Assembly (NCBI GenBank): GCA_963760795.1
Contig: CAVXEP010000022.1
Span: 160,001-224,000 of the forward strand
DNA: 64,000 bases
Source: an uncultured delta proteobacterium
Lineage (GTDB): Bacteria > Desulfobacterota > Binatia > UBA9968
Reading direction: 5' to 3'
Every line of letters begins with the position of its first letter. Within the stretch, counting starts at the first letter, position 1. The translations under genes and the position numbers were made by a program. The notes under the pieces were generated by a model. It was given only the letters and a program-made list of their open reading frames with translations. It was not told where the DNA came from and searched no databases. Of this stretch, positions 31,768 through 41,817 are shown one piece after another.

Positions 31768-32754
31768 CTAGCGCCGGTCGATCTCCTTGAGTGCCTCTGC
31801 AAGATAACTGCGATCGACATACTTGACGGGGTCCGGCAGCGGGCCTTTTAGACCAGTTAGCTCGGCATAAATGCGAATGTTGTTCTTCATCCCTTCCATG
31901 GTAACGTCGCCATCCGGCGGCCAGTGGCGATTTTGCGTATAGAACTCCCAACCGAGCCGAGCATGGAGCGGTTTTAGTTTCATCTCCTGGGACAGAAACT
32001 CCACGGCGGCGTCCTTGTTCTCGAACAACCAGCGCATCGCCAGCACATGGGCTTTCATGAAGCGTACCGTAGTCGGACGATTCTTTTCCGCCCAAGCGCG
32101 GCGCACGACAAATGCATTGGTCTGAAAATGCGGGATGCCGTCGCTTAGCTTGCCGAGGATATTGAACCCGGCCTCTTGAGCGGCGTAGTTCAGCGGCGCG
32201 GCCATCGTCGTCGCGGCGATCTGTCCCGCCTGCAGCGCGGCGAGATTGGCCGACGAACCACCGGCGATGATCAACAGTTTGTAGTCGCGCGGATATTCCA
32301 ACCCTTTGAGTTTGAGAGCTTCGCGCATGGCCGTGACGATGCCGCCGGTCAGCGATGACGTGCCGAAGGTCGCACCGCGCAGATCTTCGTAGGTTTTGTA
32401 ATTCTTGCCCGCAACCAAGAACTGCGCGATACCGTTGATGATGCCGCCAATGACGATGAAGTCGAGACCGCGCTCCGAGGCCTCGATGTAAGGCTCCGGC
32501 CCGCCGGAGCCGAAGTGCAGCGAGTTGGCCGCCAGCGCTTGCACGGTCATCGGCACGCCGCGCAGGAGGACGAGCTGCACGTCCAAACCTTGCTGCTCGA
32601 AAAACCCTTTTTTCGCCGCTACCCAGAGCGGGCTGTAGCCTAGAGTCTTGCTCGTGGCGCCGAGATAAATTTTCGGCCGCTCCTGCGCCAGCCCAATATC
32701 AAAAGCCCAAACGGCGCAAAAGAGAATGATCGTCACGCGGCGTCGAACGGCCAT
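31768..32754 (-). CDS. ABC substrate-binding protein, NitT/TauT family
   Basis: Signal peptide, PLWVAAKKGFFEQQGLDV, DRSYLAEALKE. Confidence 0.88.
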   Translation of the reverse strand: MAVRRRVTIILFCAVWAFDIGLAQERPKIYLGATSKTLGYSPLWVAAKKGFFEQQGLDVQLVLLRGVPMTVQALAANSLHFGSGGPEPYIEASERGLDFIVIGGIINGIAQFLVAGKNYKTYEDLRGATFGTSSLTGGIVTAMREALKLKGLEYPRDYKLLIIAGGSSANLAALQAGQIAATTMAAPLNYAAQEAGFNILGKLSDGIPHFQTNAFVVRRAWAEKNRPTTVRFMKAHVLAMRWLFENKDAAVEFLSQEMKLKPLHARLGWEFYTQNRHWPPDGDVTMEGMKNNIRIYAELTGLKGPLPDPVKYVDRSYLAEALKEIDRR

Positions 32755-32973
32755 GTTACCTCCCAGCCAAACGATCGCGATTTCAAGGTATCGCTTGACC
32801 GAGCTTTACAACGACGCTGATTGAACTTTCAAGACATGACCGAGGAATTCATGGGCTTACCGAAACTACCTTTAATGACGTTCGACGATTGACCGCTCCG
32901 CCCGCGAATATTTTCCCCGGCTACCGTAATTATTACAGGCCGGAATTCCGTTCCGGCCGCAGGGGCGTGGAGA

Positions 32974-32986
32974 TATCAAGCACTTA
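32974..32986 (+). promoter_or_regulatory. putative IHF site
   Basis: TATCAA-GCAC-TTA is an exact WATCAR-N4-TTR match just upstream of a -24/-12 motif. Confidence 0.6.
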
Positions 32987-33001
32987 GCCCGCCGGGCTCG
33001 C

Positions 33002-33017
33002 TGGCATGTCGGTTGCT
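33002..33017 (+). promoter_or_regulatory. sigma-54 promoter
   Basis: TGGCATGTCGGTTGCT, near-consensus TGGCAC-N5-TTGCW, about 45 nt before ATG 33062. Confidence 0.75.
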
Positions 33018-33061
33018 CAATTACCCTGCGACCTGACGGAGCAAAGGATACTGGAGGCAAA

Positions 33062-33409
33062 ATGAACAAGCTAAAAAAATTCGCCATGGCAACGTTGATC
33101 GTGGCGGCAGTGAATACGACGGGATGCGCCGGCGGCCAATTAACGACCCGAGAAAAAGGCGCGGGCATCGGCGCTCTCGGCGGTGCCGCGGGCGGCGCCT
33201 TGATCGGTTCAGCCATGGGGCGTCCGGGTGCGGGCGCGGCCATCGGCGCCGGTGTGGGGCTGGCCGGTGGAGCCCTGGTTGGCGACTACATGCAGGGCAA
33301 AGAGCAAGCCCAGCAGTACGAATCCAATCAGCAGACCATCCAACAAAACCAGCGCACCATCGACCGCAACAATCAACAGATTCTACGGCCATCGAGAGCC
33401 GAGTATTGA
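33062..33409 (+). CDS. glycine-zipper probable lipoprotein
   Basis: Signal peptide ending TTGC, GxxxG repeats GAGIGALGGAAGGALIG..GAAIGAGVG, Gln-rich tail. Confidence 0.85.
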   Translation: MNKLKKFAMATLIVAAVNTTGCAGGQLTTREKGAGIGALGGAAGGALIGSAMGRPGAGAAIGAGVGLAGGALVGDYMQGKEQAQQYESNQQTIQQNQRTIDRNNQQILRPSRAEY

Positions 33410-33453
33410 TCCAGAGCGCGATAAAAAACTAACTTAACCTAGGAGCACGGACT

Positions 33454-34155
33454 ATGAAAACAGCGAAACTTTTCACCCTATTATCCCTCGGCGCGGCCTT
33501 GATATTCACCCCCGGTACCGAGCGAATAGCCAGCGCAGATAAGGATTCACATCCGGTTTTCAAGGATCATCCTGGTAAACATAAAGGTTGGGACAAACAC
33601 GATCAGCATCACGACAAGGACAACCATGGCAAACACAAGGGTTGGGACAAACATGATCGGCGCCACCACCGAGCCGCCGATGGTAAGCGCGAACATCACC
33701 ACGACCGCTATGCCGATGCCCAGCATGAGCGGCATCACGCCCATAGGATTAGCAGCCGCACCTCGGACGGCTACTGGCACCACCATGACCGCTCTCCACG
33801 CCATTTCCATTATTCGCGCAGACCCGCGCCGGTTCCGCCGCACCGCCACGGCCGAGAGGTTGCCCGGCTTGACGACCGCGGCCGCCAGTACAAGCCAGCG
33901 ACCGGCAAAGATTACCAAGCTATCGACAACGCACGAAAAGAGATTAGCGACGGCCGCGACCAGCTGCGCAATCAACAGACGGAGTTGAAAAATGATCGGG
34001 CTGAGCTGCGCCGCGATATCCGCAGCGGCGCCAGCAAAGACGAGATCATGAAGGACCGTCAGGAAATCCGCGACGACCAAGCGAGTATGCGCAAGACCCG
34101 CGAGGAGCTCGCCAACGACCGCGCCAGACTCGCCGCCGCCCGCCGCGGGAAATAA
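33454..34155 (+). CDS. secreted histidine-rich protein with C-terminal coiled coil
   Basis: AGGAG RBS, signal peptide (ASA-DK), GKHKGWDKHD twice, about 25 His in about 100 aa, DRxExRxD-like helical repeats. Confidence 0.75.
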   Translation: MKTAKLFTLLSLGAALIFTPGTERIASADKDSHPVFKDHPGKHKGWDKHDQHHDKDNHGKHKGWDKHDRRHHRAADGKREHHHDRYADAQHERHHAHRISSRTSDGYWHHHDRSPRHFHYSRRPAPVPPHRHGREVARLDDRGRQYKPATGKDYQAIDNARKEISDGRDQLRNQQTELKNDRAELRRDIRSGASKDEIMKDRQEIRDDQASMRKTREELANDRARLAAARRGK

Positions 34156-34202
34156 AGTTGAGTCTAAGTAGCCGCTAACAACGCCCCCGTTCCCAATCCC
34201 TA

Positions 34203-34234
34203 AGCCTGGCCGCAGCGATGACTGCGGCCAGGCT
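34203..34234 (+). terminator. 13-bp hairpin, probable terminator
   Basis: AGCCTGGCCGCAG-N6-CTGCGGCCAGGCT. Confidence 0.55.
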
Positions 34235-34407
34235 CCTACCACTCACCACCTTGGGCCGCCGGCAGACTTCCGCGCTTAAGCTCCTTGCACCCTTTGCCTG
34301 TACGTTTCCGATTCTGCCTCGCACTGTTGCTGCAACCATTATCCGGTTGTGTCTCCAAACGATCGCGATTAAGGTAAAGCGAATTTCTTGTGGAGGTCCA
34401 TCGAGAC

Positions 34408-35430
34408 ATGGCGATCAAGCGCTACAACTCCGGGATTCAGCGGGCTAAAGGGTTACTGGAAATCGCGGCGGGGCTTTACGACAGTTCCTTATCCCACGAA
34501 ACACGCCGCGCCGCCGAGGGCGTTTTGCAAACCGACACCCGCGTCGGTCGAGTGTTTCGCCTTTCCCTGGGTGTAAGATCAACCGATCCCACCGATGACG
34601 TCCCGGTTTCATTCGCCACCGGCAGTTTGACTGAGATCATCGCCGTCGCCGAAGGCAAATACTCACTAGCCTGGGTCAATCCGTCGGCGATGCTGACCAT
34701 GGCCTACCGAGGCAAGGGGCCGTTCAAAAAGCGGCTGCCGCTCAAAACCATCGCCACCTTCCCTTCCTTCGATGTCATGGGCTTCGCCGTCCGTAAATCC
34801 ACCGGCATCACGTCTCTGGAGCAAATCAAACAGCAACGAGTTCCGCTGCGCGTGTCCACTGGTTATCTGCCCAAAAGCGATCTCACCGGCAGCGCTACCA
34901 TGTTCACGGTGTCGGCGACCTTGAAAGCCGCCGGCTTCACCCTCGCCGACATTAAGAAATGGGGCGGCAAGATTCATTCGGTGCCGCGGCCAAGCGATCC
35001 CAGCCGGCGCGCCGCCATCGAGGATGGTTCGATCGACGCGGTGTTCGACGAAGGGATAAAGAGCTGGGGTCAAACTGCCATCGACAATGGGTTCCGCTAT
35101 CTGCCCATCGATGGCGCCGTGCTCAAACAATTAAAATCTCTGGGCTACCGCTCCAGTGCCATGTCCCGTTGTGGCTTTCGCGGCATGCCGGGTGAGGTTC
35201 CAACCGTCGACTTCAGCGGCTGGCCGATGATCGTGCACGCCGAACTGCCCAACGAAGTTGCCTACGCGCTCTGCGAAGCGATCGAGCTTCGCAAGGAGGC
35301 GATCCCCACAGATAATTTTAAGAAACTCGACATCGCGCAGCTTTGCCGCAATGACAACGAAGCGCCCTACGATGTCCCGCTCCACCCTGGGGCCAAGCGC
35401 TTCTATCGCGATCGCGGTTATCTCAAGTAG
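34408..35430 (+). CDS. TAXI-family solute-binding-fold protein without signal peptide
   Basis: C-terminal VPLHPGAKRFYRDRGYL, GITSLEQI, LPNEVAYA; GGAGG RBS. Confidence 0.8.
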   Translation: MAIKRYNSGIQRAKGLLEIAAGLYDSSLSHETRRAAEGVLQTDTRVGRVFRLSLGVRSTDPTDDVPVSFATGSLTEIIAVAEGKYSLAWVNPSAMLTMAYRGKGPFKKRLPLKTIATFPSFDVMGFAVRKSTGITSLEQIKQQRVPLRVSTGYLPKSDLTGSATMFTVSATLKAAGFTLADIKKWGGKIHSVPRPSDPSRRAAIEDGSIDAVFDEGIKSWGQTAIDNGFRYLPIDGAVLKQLKSLGYRSSAMSRCGFRGMPGEVPTVDFSGWPMIVHAELPNEVAYALCEAIELRKEAIPTDNFKKLDIAQLCRNDNEAPYDVPLHPGAKRFYRDRGYLK

Positions 35431-35499
35431 TCGCTGGCGCAATCGCAAGTTGCCGGCATACCGGCAACTGTAGTAATAATCTACCGTCAAATCGAAGCC

Positions 35500-37045
35500 A
35501 TGGACGGACAACCGACATCTCTACAGCCATACAACGCTGCGGTCGATCTGATCGATCGCAACTTAGCGGCACGACCGGATAAGATCGCCTATATCGACGA
35601 ACACGGCAGTTACAGCTTTGCCGAGCTGGCGCAACGGGTGAATCGCGCCGCCAACGCGTTGACCGATCTCGGCCTACCGATGGAATGCCGCGTCATGGTA
35701 GCGCTCCTCGACACCATCGACTTTCCGGTAGTTTTTCTCGGTGCCATCAAAGCCGGCCTTATTCCCGTCGCGGTCAATACTTTACTGACGAGCAACGACT
35801 TCGACTTCATGCTGCGCGACAGCCGGGCCCAAGCATTGATCGTTTCGGCGCCGCTCTTGCCAGTCTTCGAGCCGATCTTGGGCAATCAGCCGTCTGTCAA
35901 ACAGGTCGTCGTATCCGGCGCCAATGAGTCCAAGTATCCATCGTTGACCGAATCAATTGGCCCGAGCCTCGAGCGAATTTACCGCCGCCCCCACCCGCAG
36001 CGACGATCCCTGCTTTTGGCTCTACTCATCCGGATCGACGGGAACACCGAAGGGCACCGTCCACGTACAGTCGAGCATGAGCAAAACCGCCGAGCTCTAC
36101 GCCCAACCGATTCTCGGCATTCAAGAAAGCGATGTGGTCTTCTCCGCTGCCAAATTGTTTTTCGCCTACGGCCTCGGCAACGCATTGAGCTTTCCGCTCT
36201 CCGTTGGCGCGACGACAATTCTTTTAAGCGAACGGCCGACGCCGCAGTCGGTCTGCCGCATATTGCAAGAATACCGCCCGACGATTTTTTACGGTGTACC
36301 GACGCTTTACAGCGCGCTGCTCGCCAGCGGCGAACTGCCCAAGCGCGATGAATCGAATTTGCGCCGCTGCACCTCCGCCGGGGAAGCGCTGCCGCCTGAT
36401 GTCGGCCGGCGCTGGTTCGAACACTTCGGCGTCGATATCCTCGACGGCTTGGGTTCGACGGAGATGCTGCATATTTTTCTATCGAACCGCCCGGACGCCA
36501 ACCGCTACGGCACTTCCGGCACTCCCGTGCCAGGCTACCAAATCCGTTTACTCGACGAGGAAGGAAAAGCTGTAGCAAAAGGCGATCTCGGCGAGTTGCA
36601 TGTCAATGGCCCGACGAGCGCCGCCTGTTACTGGAACAACCGGGAAAAAAGCCGCAATACATTTATCGGCCCATGGACCAAAAGCGGCGACAAGTATATC
36701 GAGAGCGAAGACGGCTACTTCACCTACGGCGGCCGCGCCGACGACATGCTCAAAGTCAGCGGTATCTGGGTTTCGCCTTTCGAGGTGGAATCGGCGCTGT
36801 GTTCCCACGCCGCCGTGCTCGAAGCCGCCGTGGTCGGCCATGCCGATGACAACGGCCTGATCAAACCGAAAGCCTTCGTGGTGCTTCGGCCAAACACCCC
36901 GCAAAGCGAGGATCTCGCCACTGCGCTGCAACAACATGTCAAAGGCCAACTGGCGCCGTACAAATATCCCCGCTGGATTGAATTCGTCGCCGAATTACCC
37001 AAGACGGCTACGGGAAAAATTCAACGCTTCAAGCTACGCGCTTGA
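35500..37045 (+). CDS. benzoate-CoA ligase family protein (frameshift near 35957)
   Basis: YNAAVDLIDRN, FWLYSSGSTGTPKG, KLFFAYGLGN, DGLGSTEMLHIF, LPKTATGKIQRF. Confidence 0.9.
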
Positions 37046-37093
37046 AATCCATCCCGTTTGTGGCACAAAAAGAACAGCTCTGCGGAGGAAACA

Positions 37094-38272
37094 ATGAAAC
37101 TTACGCGTCGTAAATTCCTGACTCAGACCAGCCTGCTCATCGCGACTACGTTGTTGCCATGGTCGTTCGCCATCGCCCAGGCGCAACGGATCCGCGTCGG
37201 CCTGATGCTGCCCTACTCCGGGACCTATGCGCAGCTCGGCACCGCGATCACCAACGGCTTCAAACTGGCGGTGACCGAACGTAGCGGTAAACTCGGCGGA
37301 CGGGAATTGGAATTCTTCACCGTCGACGACGAAGCCGAACCATCCAAGGCGCCTGAGAACACCAACAAGCTAGTCCAGCGCGACAAGGTTGACGTGCTCG
37401 TCGGCACCGTGCATAGCGGCGTGCAGATGGGAATGGTTAAGATAGCCAAAGAAACCAACACGCTGATGATCATCCCCAACGCCGGCCTCGACGCTGCCAC
37501 CGGCGCGCTGTGCGCGTCGAATATTTTTCGCACGTCGTTTTCCAACTGGCAGCCGTCCTATCCAATGGGCAAAGTGCTCGCCGATCGCGGCATTCGCAAC
37601 GTCGTTTCGCTGGCGTGGAAATACGGCGCCGGCGAAGAAGCGGTTGCCGGCTTCACCGAAGGATTCATCAAAGCCGGCGGCAAGTCCGTGCGCGGGCTAT
37701 GGATACCGTTCCCGAATGCTGAATTTCAAGCGTTGCTGACAGAGATAGCCTCGCTCAAACCCGACGCCGTGTTCGTATTCTTTGCCGGTGCCGGTGCTGC
37801 CAAATTCGTCAGGGATTATGCTGCCGCAGGTTTACGGAAAACTATTCCGCTCTATGGCTCGGGATTCCTGACCGACGGCATCTTGGACGCGATCCAAGAC
37901 TCTGGGCAAGGCCTGGAGACGACTTTGCACTACGCCGACGGTTTGAACAGCAAACGTGATAAAGAGTTCCGGGCCGCCTACACTAAAGCATTTACTAGCG
38001 AACCCGATGTCTACGCGGTCCAAGGTTATGACGCGGCACTGCTCCTCACCACCGGCCTCGACGCTGTGAAAGGCGATTTTACCAAACGCAAGGAAATGAT
38101 CGCAGCAATGGAAAAAGCCAAGATCGATAGTCCACGCGGCCCATGGACCATGTCGAAAGCGCACAATCCGATCCAGGACATCTACCTGCGCAAAGTTGTC
38201 GGCAAAGAAAATCGCCTCGTCAGCATAGCCCATAAGGCGCTGGCCGACCCAGCGCGGGGATGTAAACTCTAG
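37094..38272 (+). CDS. Liv-type ABC substrate-binding protein (HbaE-like, probably aromatic acids), Tat signal
   Basis: MKLTRRKFL leader, GTVHSGV, IFRTSFSNWQ, SPRG, ADPARGC; adjacent to the ligase. Confidence 0.88.
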   Translation: MKLTRRKFLTQTSLLIATTLLPWSFAIAQAQRIRVGLMLPYSGTYAQLGTAITNGFKLAVTERSGKLGGRELEFFTVDDEAEPSKAPENTNKLVQRDKVDVLVGTVHSGVQMGMVKIAKETNTLMIIPNAGLDAATGALCASNIFRTSFSNWQPSYPMGKVLADRGIRNVVSLAWKYGAGEEAVAGFTEGFIKAGGKSVRGLWIPFPNAEFQALLTEIASLKPDAVFVFFAGAGAAKFVRDYAAAGLRKTIPLYGSGFLTDGILDAIQDSGQGLETTLHYADGLNSKRDKEFRAAYTKAFTSEPDVYAVQGYDAALLLTTGLDAVKGDFTKRKEMIAAMEKAKIDSPRGPWTMSKAHNPIQDIYLRKVVGKENRLVSIAHKALADPARGCKL

Positions 38273-38300
38273 CGGCGGCTTCGCCGCCGCGTTCCGATAT

Positions 38301-38390
38301 AGTTCCACTTGTTCCAGAAGTTCCACTCAGTCAACGCAGAACGCATATAATCCGTCTGGAACGATTGGAACCTGTGGAACTACTGGAACT
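38301..38390. repeat. Family C palindromic repeat (GTTCCA/TGGAAC, 9-bp period)
   Basis: GTTCCA x3 ... TGGAAC x4 between SBP and permease, preceded by hairpin GCGGCGGC-TTC-GCCGCCGC. Confidence 0.8.
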
Positions 38391-38402
38391 AAATCTTCGC
38401 CG

Positions 38403-39260
38403 ATGTTCTATTTGATTCAGTTACTAAACGCAGTCCAGTACGGTCTTCTGCTCTTCCTTCTATCTAGCGGCCTGACCCTCATCTTCGGCATCATGGGCGT
38501 GATCAATCTCGCCCATGGCAGTTTCTACATGGTCGGCGCCTACCTGACCTATTGGCTGGCGAAAATGACCGGCAGTCTATGGCTCGCCATTCCCATCGGC
38601 GTTACTATCGTGTTCGCCATCGGCCTGCTCCTTGAAACGACCATCATCCGCCGGCTTTATTCTCGCGACCACCTCTATCAAGTGTTGCTCACCTTCGGTT
38701 TGATCCTGATGTTTGAAGAGCTGCGCAGCATTGTTTTTGGCGATGAGGTTCACGGCGTCGCGGTGCCGGAAATTCTGAACTATTCTATTGCGTTAACCGA
38801 CATCCTCGCCTATCCCGTCTACCGGCTCTTTGTCACGGCGGTTTGTTTAGCCATCGCCGCCATCCTGTTTTTCGTCATTCACAAAACCCGTGCCGGCATG
38901 ATGATCCGCGCCGGTAATAGCAATCGGGAGATGGCCGCGGCGCTGGGCGTCAACATTCCGCTGCTCTTTGCTCTGGTTTTCGCCTGCGGCATGGCGCTGG
39001 CAGCGTTCGCAGGCGCTATCGCCGCGCCGATCACGTCGGTCGCGCCGGCCATGGGCAATCAGGTTCTGATCCTCTGCTTCGTCGTCGTGGTCATCGGCGG
39101 CATCGGCTCGATCAACGGCGCCCTGATCGCCTCGCTCCTCATCGGCCTCGCCGATACCCTTGGCAAAGTGCTGGCGCCGGAATATTCCGGCGTCGCCGTT
39201 TATCTTTTGATGGCGGCGATTCTCCTGTGGCGGCCCCAGGGGCTGGCCAACCGATCGTAA
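38403..39260 (+). CDS. ABC permease (LivH-like)
   Basis: SGLTLIFGIMGVINLAHG, GGIGS, RPQGL. Confidence 0.92.
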   Translation: MFYLIQLLNAVQYGLLLFLLSSGLTLIFGIMGVINLAHGSFYMVGAYLTYWLAKMTGSLWLAIPIGVTIVFAIGLLLETTIIRRLYSRDHLYQVLLTFGLILMFEELRSIVFGDEVHGVAVPEILNYSIALTDILAYPVYRLFVTAVCLAIAAILFFVIHKTRAGMMIRAGNSNREMAAALGVNIPLLFALVFACGMALAAFAGAIAAPITSVAPAMGNQVLILCFVVVVIGGIGSINGALIASLLIGLADTLGKVLAPEYSGVAVYLLMAAILLWRPQGLANRS

Positions 39261-39266
39261 ACTCCT

Positions 39267-40268
39267 GTGACCCATAGCTCACTACCGCGCTGGTTTTTGT
39301 TAAGCGTCGTGCTGCTGTTCGCCTTGGTGCCGCTGGGCGCGACGACTTATTATCTCCAACTTGGCGCCAAAATCATGATCATGGCGATCTTCGCCTTGAG
39401 TCTCGATCTGCTTATCGGCCATACCGGATTGGTTAGCTTCGGCCACTCCGCCTACTTCGGCGTGGCGGCTTATGCGCTAGCACTGATCACACCGAAATAT
39501 GAAGCGGCCAGTTTCTGGCTCACTCTTCCCGCAGCCATGACCGCCGCCGCTTGCGCCGCTCTCGTCATTGGCTTCTTGGTCGTGCGCACCGCGGGCATCT
39601 ATTTCATCATGGTCACCCTCGCCTTTGCACAAATGCTCTACGCGATCTTCCACGACACCAAACTGGGCGGCGGCTCCGATGGCATCTACATCAATGTCCG
39701 GCCAGAATTGACCGTTGCCGGCTTTAAGCCCATCGATCTCGAAAGTCCGGCGCAGTTTTTCTATTTGGCGCTGATCGCTTTGATCGCCGCCTATTGGATT
39801 TTGAATAAGGTTTTGCACGCCCCCCTCGGTCGCGCGCTCGCCGGTATCCGCGTTAACGAGCAGCGCATGCGCGCCATCGGATTTCCGGTCTTCTCGTACA
39901 AGCTCGGCGCATTCACCCTCGCCGGCGCCCTCGCCGGTCTCGCCGGTTATCTCGCCGCCTGCCAGTTCGGCTTCGTCAATCCGGAGATCTTGGCCTGGCA
40001 CCAATCCGGCACCGTGCTGATGATGGTGATCTTGGGCGGCATGGGCCGGCTTCACGGCGCGGTCATCGGCGCGGCGGCGTATGTCTTGTTGCAGGAATTA
40101 TTTTCTTCGTCGGCGCTCTTCGGCGTCTATGCCAAGCACTGGCAATTGTTCATGGGCGGCTTGATCGTCCTCATCGTACTTGCGCTACCGCACGGCATCG
40201 GCGGACTGATCGATGTCGCCTGGCGCCGCCGCGGCGGCGAATTGAACGCAGAGAACGCCGATGACTGA
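39267..40268 (+). CDS. ABC permease (LivM-like)
   Basis: GLVSFGHSAYFG, IYFIMVTLAFAQ, IRVNEQR. Confidence 0.92.
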   Translation: MTHSSLPRWFLLSVVLLFALVPLGATTYYLQLGAKIMIMAIFALSLDLLIGHTGLVSFGHSAYFGVAAYALALITPKYEAASFWLTLPAAMTAAACAALVIGFLVVRTAGIYFIMVTLAFAQMLYAIFHDTKLGGGSDGIYINVRPELTVAGFKPIDLESPAQFFYLALIALIAAYWILNKVLHAPLGRALAGIRVNEQRMRAIGFPVFSYKLGAFTLAGALAGLAGYLAACQFGFVNPEILAWHQSGTVLMMVILGGMGRLHGAVIGAAAYVLLQELFSSSALFGVYAKHWQLFMGGLIVLIVLALPHGIGGLIDVAWRRRGGELNAENADD

Positions 40269-41019
40269 AACGATTTTACAGGTTCGCAACCTCACCAAGC
40301 ACTTCGGCGGCCTGGCCGCCGTTGGAAACGTAACTTTGGAAGTTCGCCCCGGCGAATTACATGCGATCATCGGCCCCAACGGCGCCGGCAAGTCGACACT
40401 CATAAACCTGCTTTCGGGCGAACTACGCGCGTCATCGGGTCAAATCATTTTCCAAGGACGAGATATCGGCTCGATGCCGCCGGAACAACGATCGCGTCTC
40501 GGCATCGGCCGCAGCTTTCAAAAGACCAACATATTTCCGAGTTTCACGGCGCTGGAGAATTGCCGCTTGGCGGCGCAATCCCGCGAACCGCATCCGTGGC
40601 GTTGGTTACGTCGGGCTCTGAGTTACCCATCGGTGCTGTCGAAAGCTCACCAAGCTCTAGCAGCGGTGGATTTAACCGCACGCGCCGACGCTCTCGCTCT
40701 CACGCTCAGCCACGGCGAACAGCGCCAACTCGAAATCGCCACGTGCCTGGCGACGGAACCTCAACTGTTATTACTCGACGAACCGCTTGCCGGCATGGGC
40801 ACGGAAGAGTCGTTGAACATGGTCCAGCTGATCAAACAACTGGCCGCCACGCACGCCGTCCTGCTGGTGGAGCATGACATGGATGCGGTATTTCAATTGG
40901 CCCAGAGGCTGACGGTGATGGTCGACGGACGTTTGCTTGCTTCAGGCACGCCCGAACAAATCCGCACTAATCGCGATGTGCAAGTCGCCTACCTTGGCGA
41001 TCTGGAAGGCCGGCGATGA
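40261..41019 (+). CDS. ABC ATP-binding protein (LivG-like)
   Basis: GPNGAGKS, LSHGEQR, LLDEP, VEHDM. Confidence 0.93.
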   Translation: MTETILQVRNLTKHFGGLAAVGNVTLEVRPGELHAIIGPNGAGKSTLINLLSGELRASSGQIIFQGRDIGSMPPEQRSRLGIGRSFQKTNIFPSFTALENCRLAAQSREPHPWRWLRRALSYPSVLSKAHQALAAVDLTARADALALTLSHGEQRQLEIATCLATEPQLLLLDEPLAGMGTEESLNMVQLIKQLAATHAVLLVEHDMDAVFQLAQRLTVMVDGRLLASGTPEQIRTNRDVQVAYLGDLEGRR

Positions 41020-41732
41020 ACGACGTAGCGATCGTCGCCGCACGCGAGCTGCACAGCTACTATGGCGCAAGCCATATTTTGCACGGTATCGATTTCTCCG
41101 TCCGGCCCGCTGAGGTGGTCGGCTTATTGGGTCGTAATGGCATGGGGAAAACGACTCTCATTCGCACGCTGCTCGGCCTGGTGCCGGCGCGCCGCGGCGA
41201 AGTATGGATCGACGGCAAGGCAATGACCAACGCCGCGCCGCATCGGATCGCCCGCCAAGGTATCGCCTACGTTCCCGAGGGGCGCGGTATTTTTCCCAAT
41301 CTAACGGTGCGGGAAAATCTCCTGATGGCGGCCCGCGCGACAACCAGCGGCCAAACTCTATGGAATTTCGATCGCGTCCTTGCAACCTTCCCGCGCCTGG
41401 CCGAGCGGCTTAGCCACGGTGGCCAACAGCTTTCCGGCGGCGAACAGCAAATGCTGTCCATCGGCCGCGCGCTGATGACCAACCCAAGACTCTTGATACT
41501 CGACGAAGCCACCGAAGGCTTGGCGCCGCTCATCGCCCGCGAGATCTGGCGCATCCTCGGCGTGATCCGTGGCACCGGCATCGCCGCCATCATCGTCGAC
41601 AAAAACTTCGCCGCGGTCTCCGCCATCGCCGATAGAAACGTGATCTTGGTTAAAGGCAGGATCGTCTTCGCAGGCAGCGGCAGCGAGCTGAGATCTCAAC
41701 CCGAACTCATGCAGCAGTATCTGGGCATCTAA
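41016..41732 (+). CDS. ABC ATP-binding protein (LivF-like)
   Basis: [26 protein letters not shown]. Confidence 0.93.
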   Translation: MNDVAIVAARELHSYYGASHILHGIDFSVRPAEVVGLLGRNGMGKTTLIRTLLGLVPARRGEVWIDGKAMTNAAPHRIARQGIAYVPEGRGIFPNLTVRENLLMAARATTSGQTLWNFDRVLATFPRLAERLSHGGQQLSGGEQQMLSIGRALMTNPRLLILDEATEGLAPLIAREIWRILGVIRGTGIAAIIVDKNFAAVSAIADRNVILVKGRIVFAGSGSELRSQPELMQQYLGI

Positions 41733-41817
41733 CTGTGACGCTTCACACTGTAGAATTACAAGTGAATTTCGCTGCCAGACCCGCAACTCGAAACCCGTAA
41801 CCGATTGTCAACCCGCT

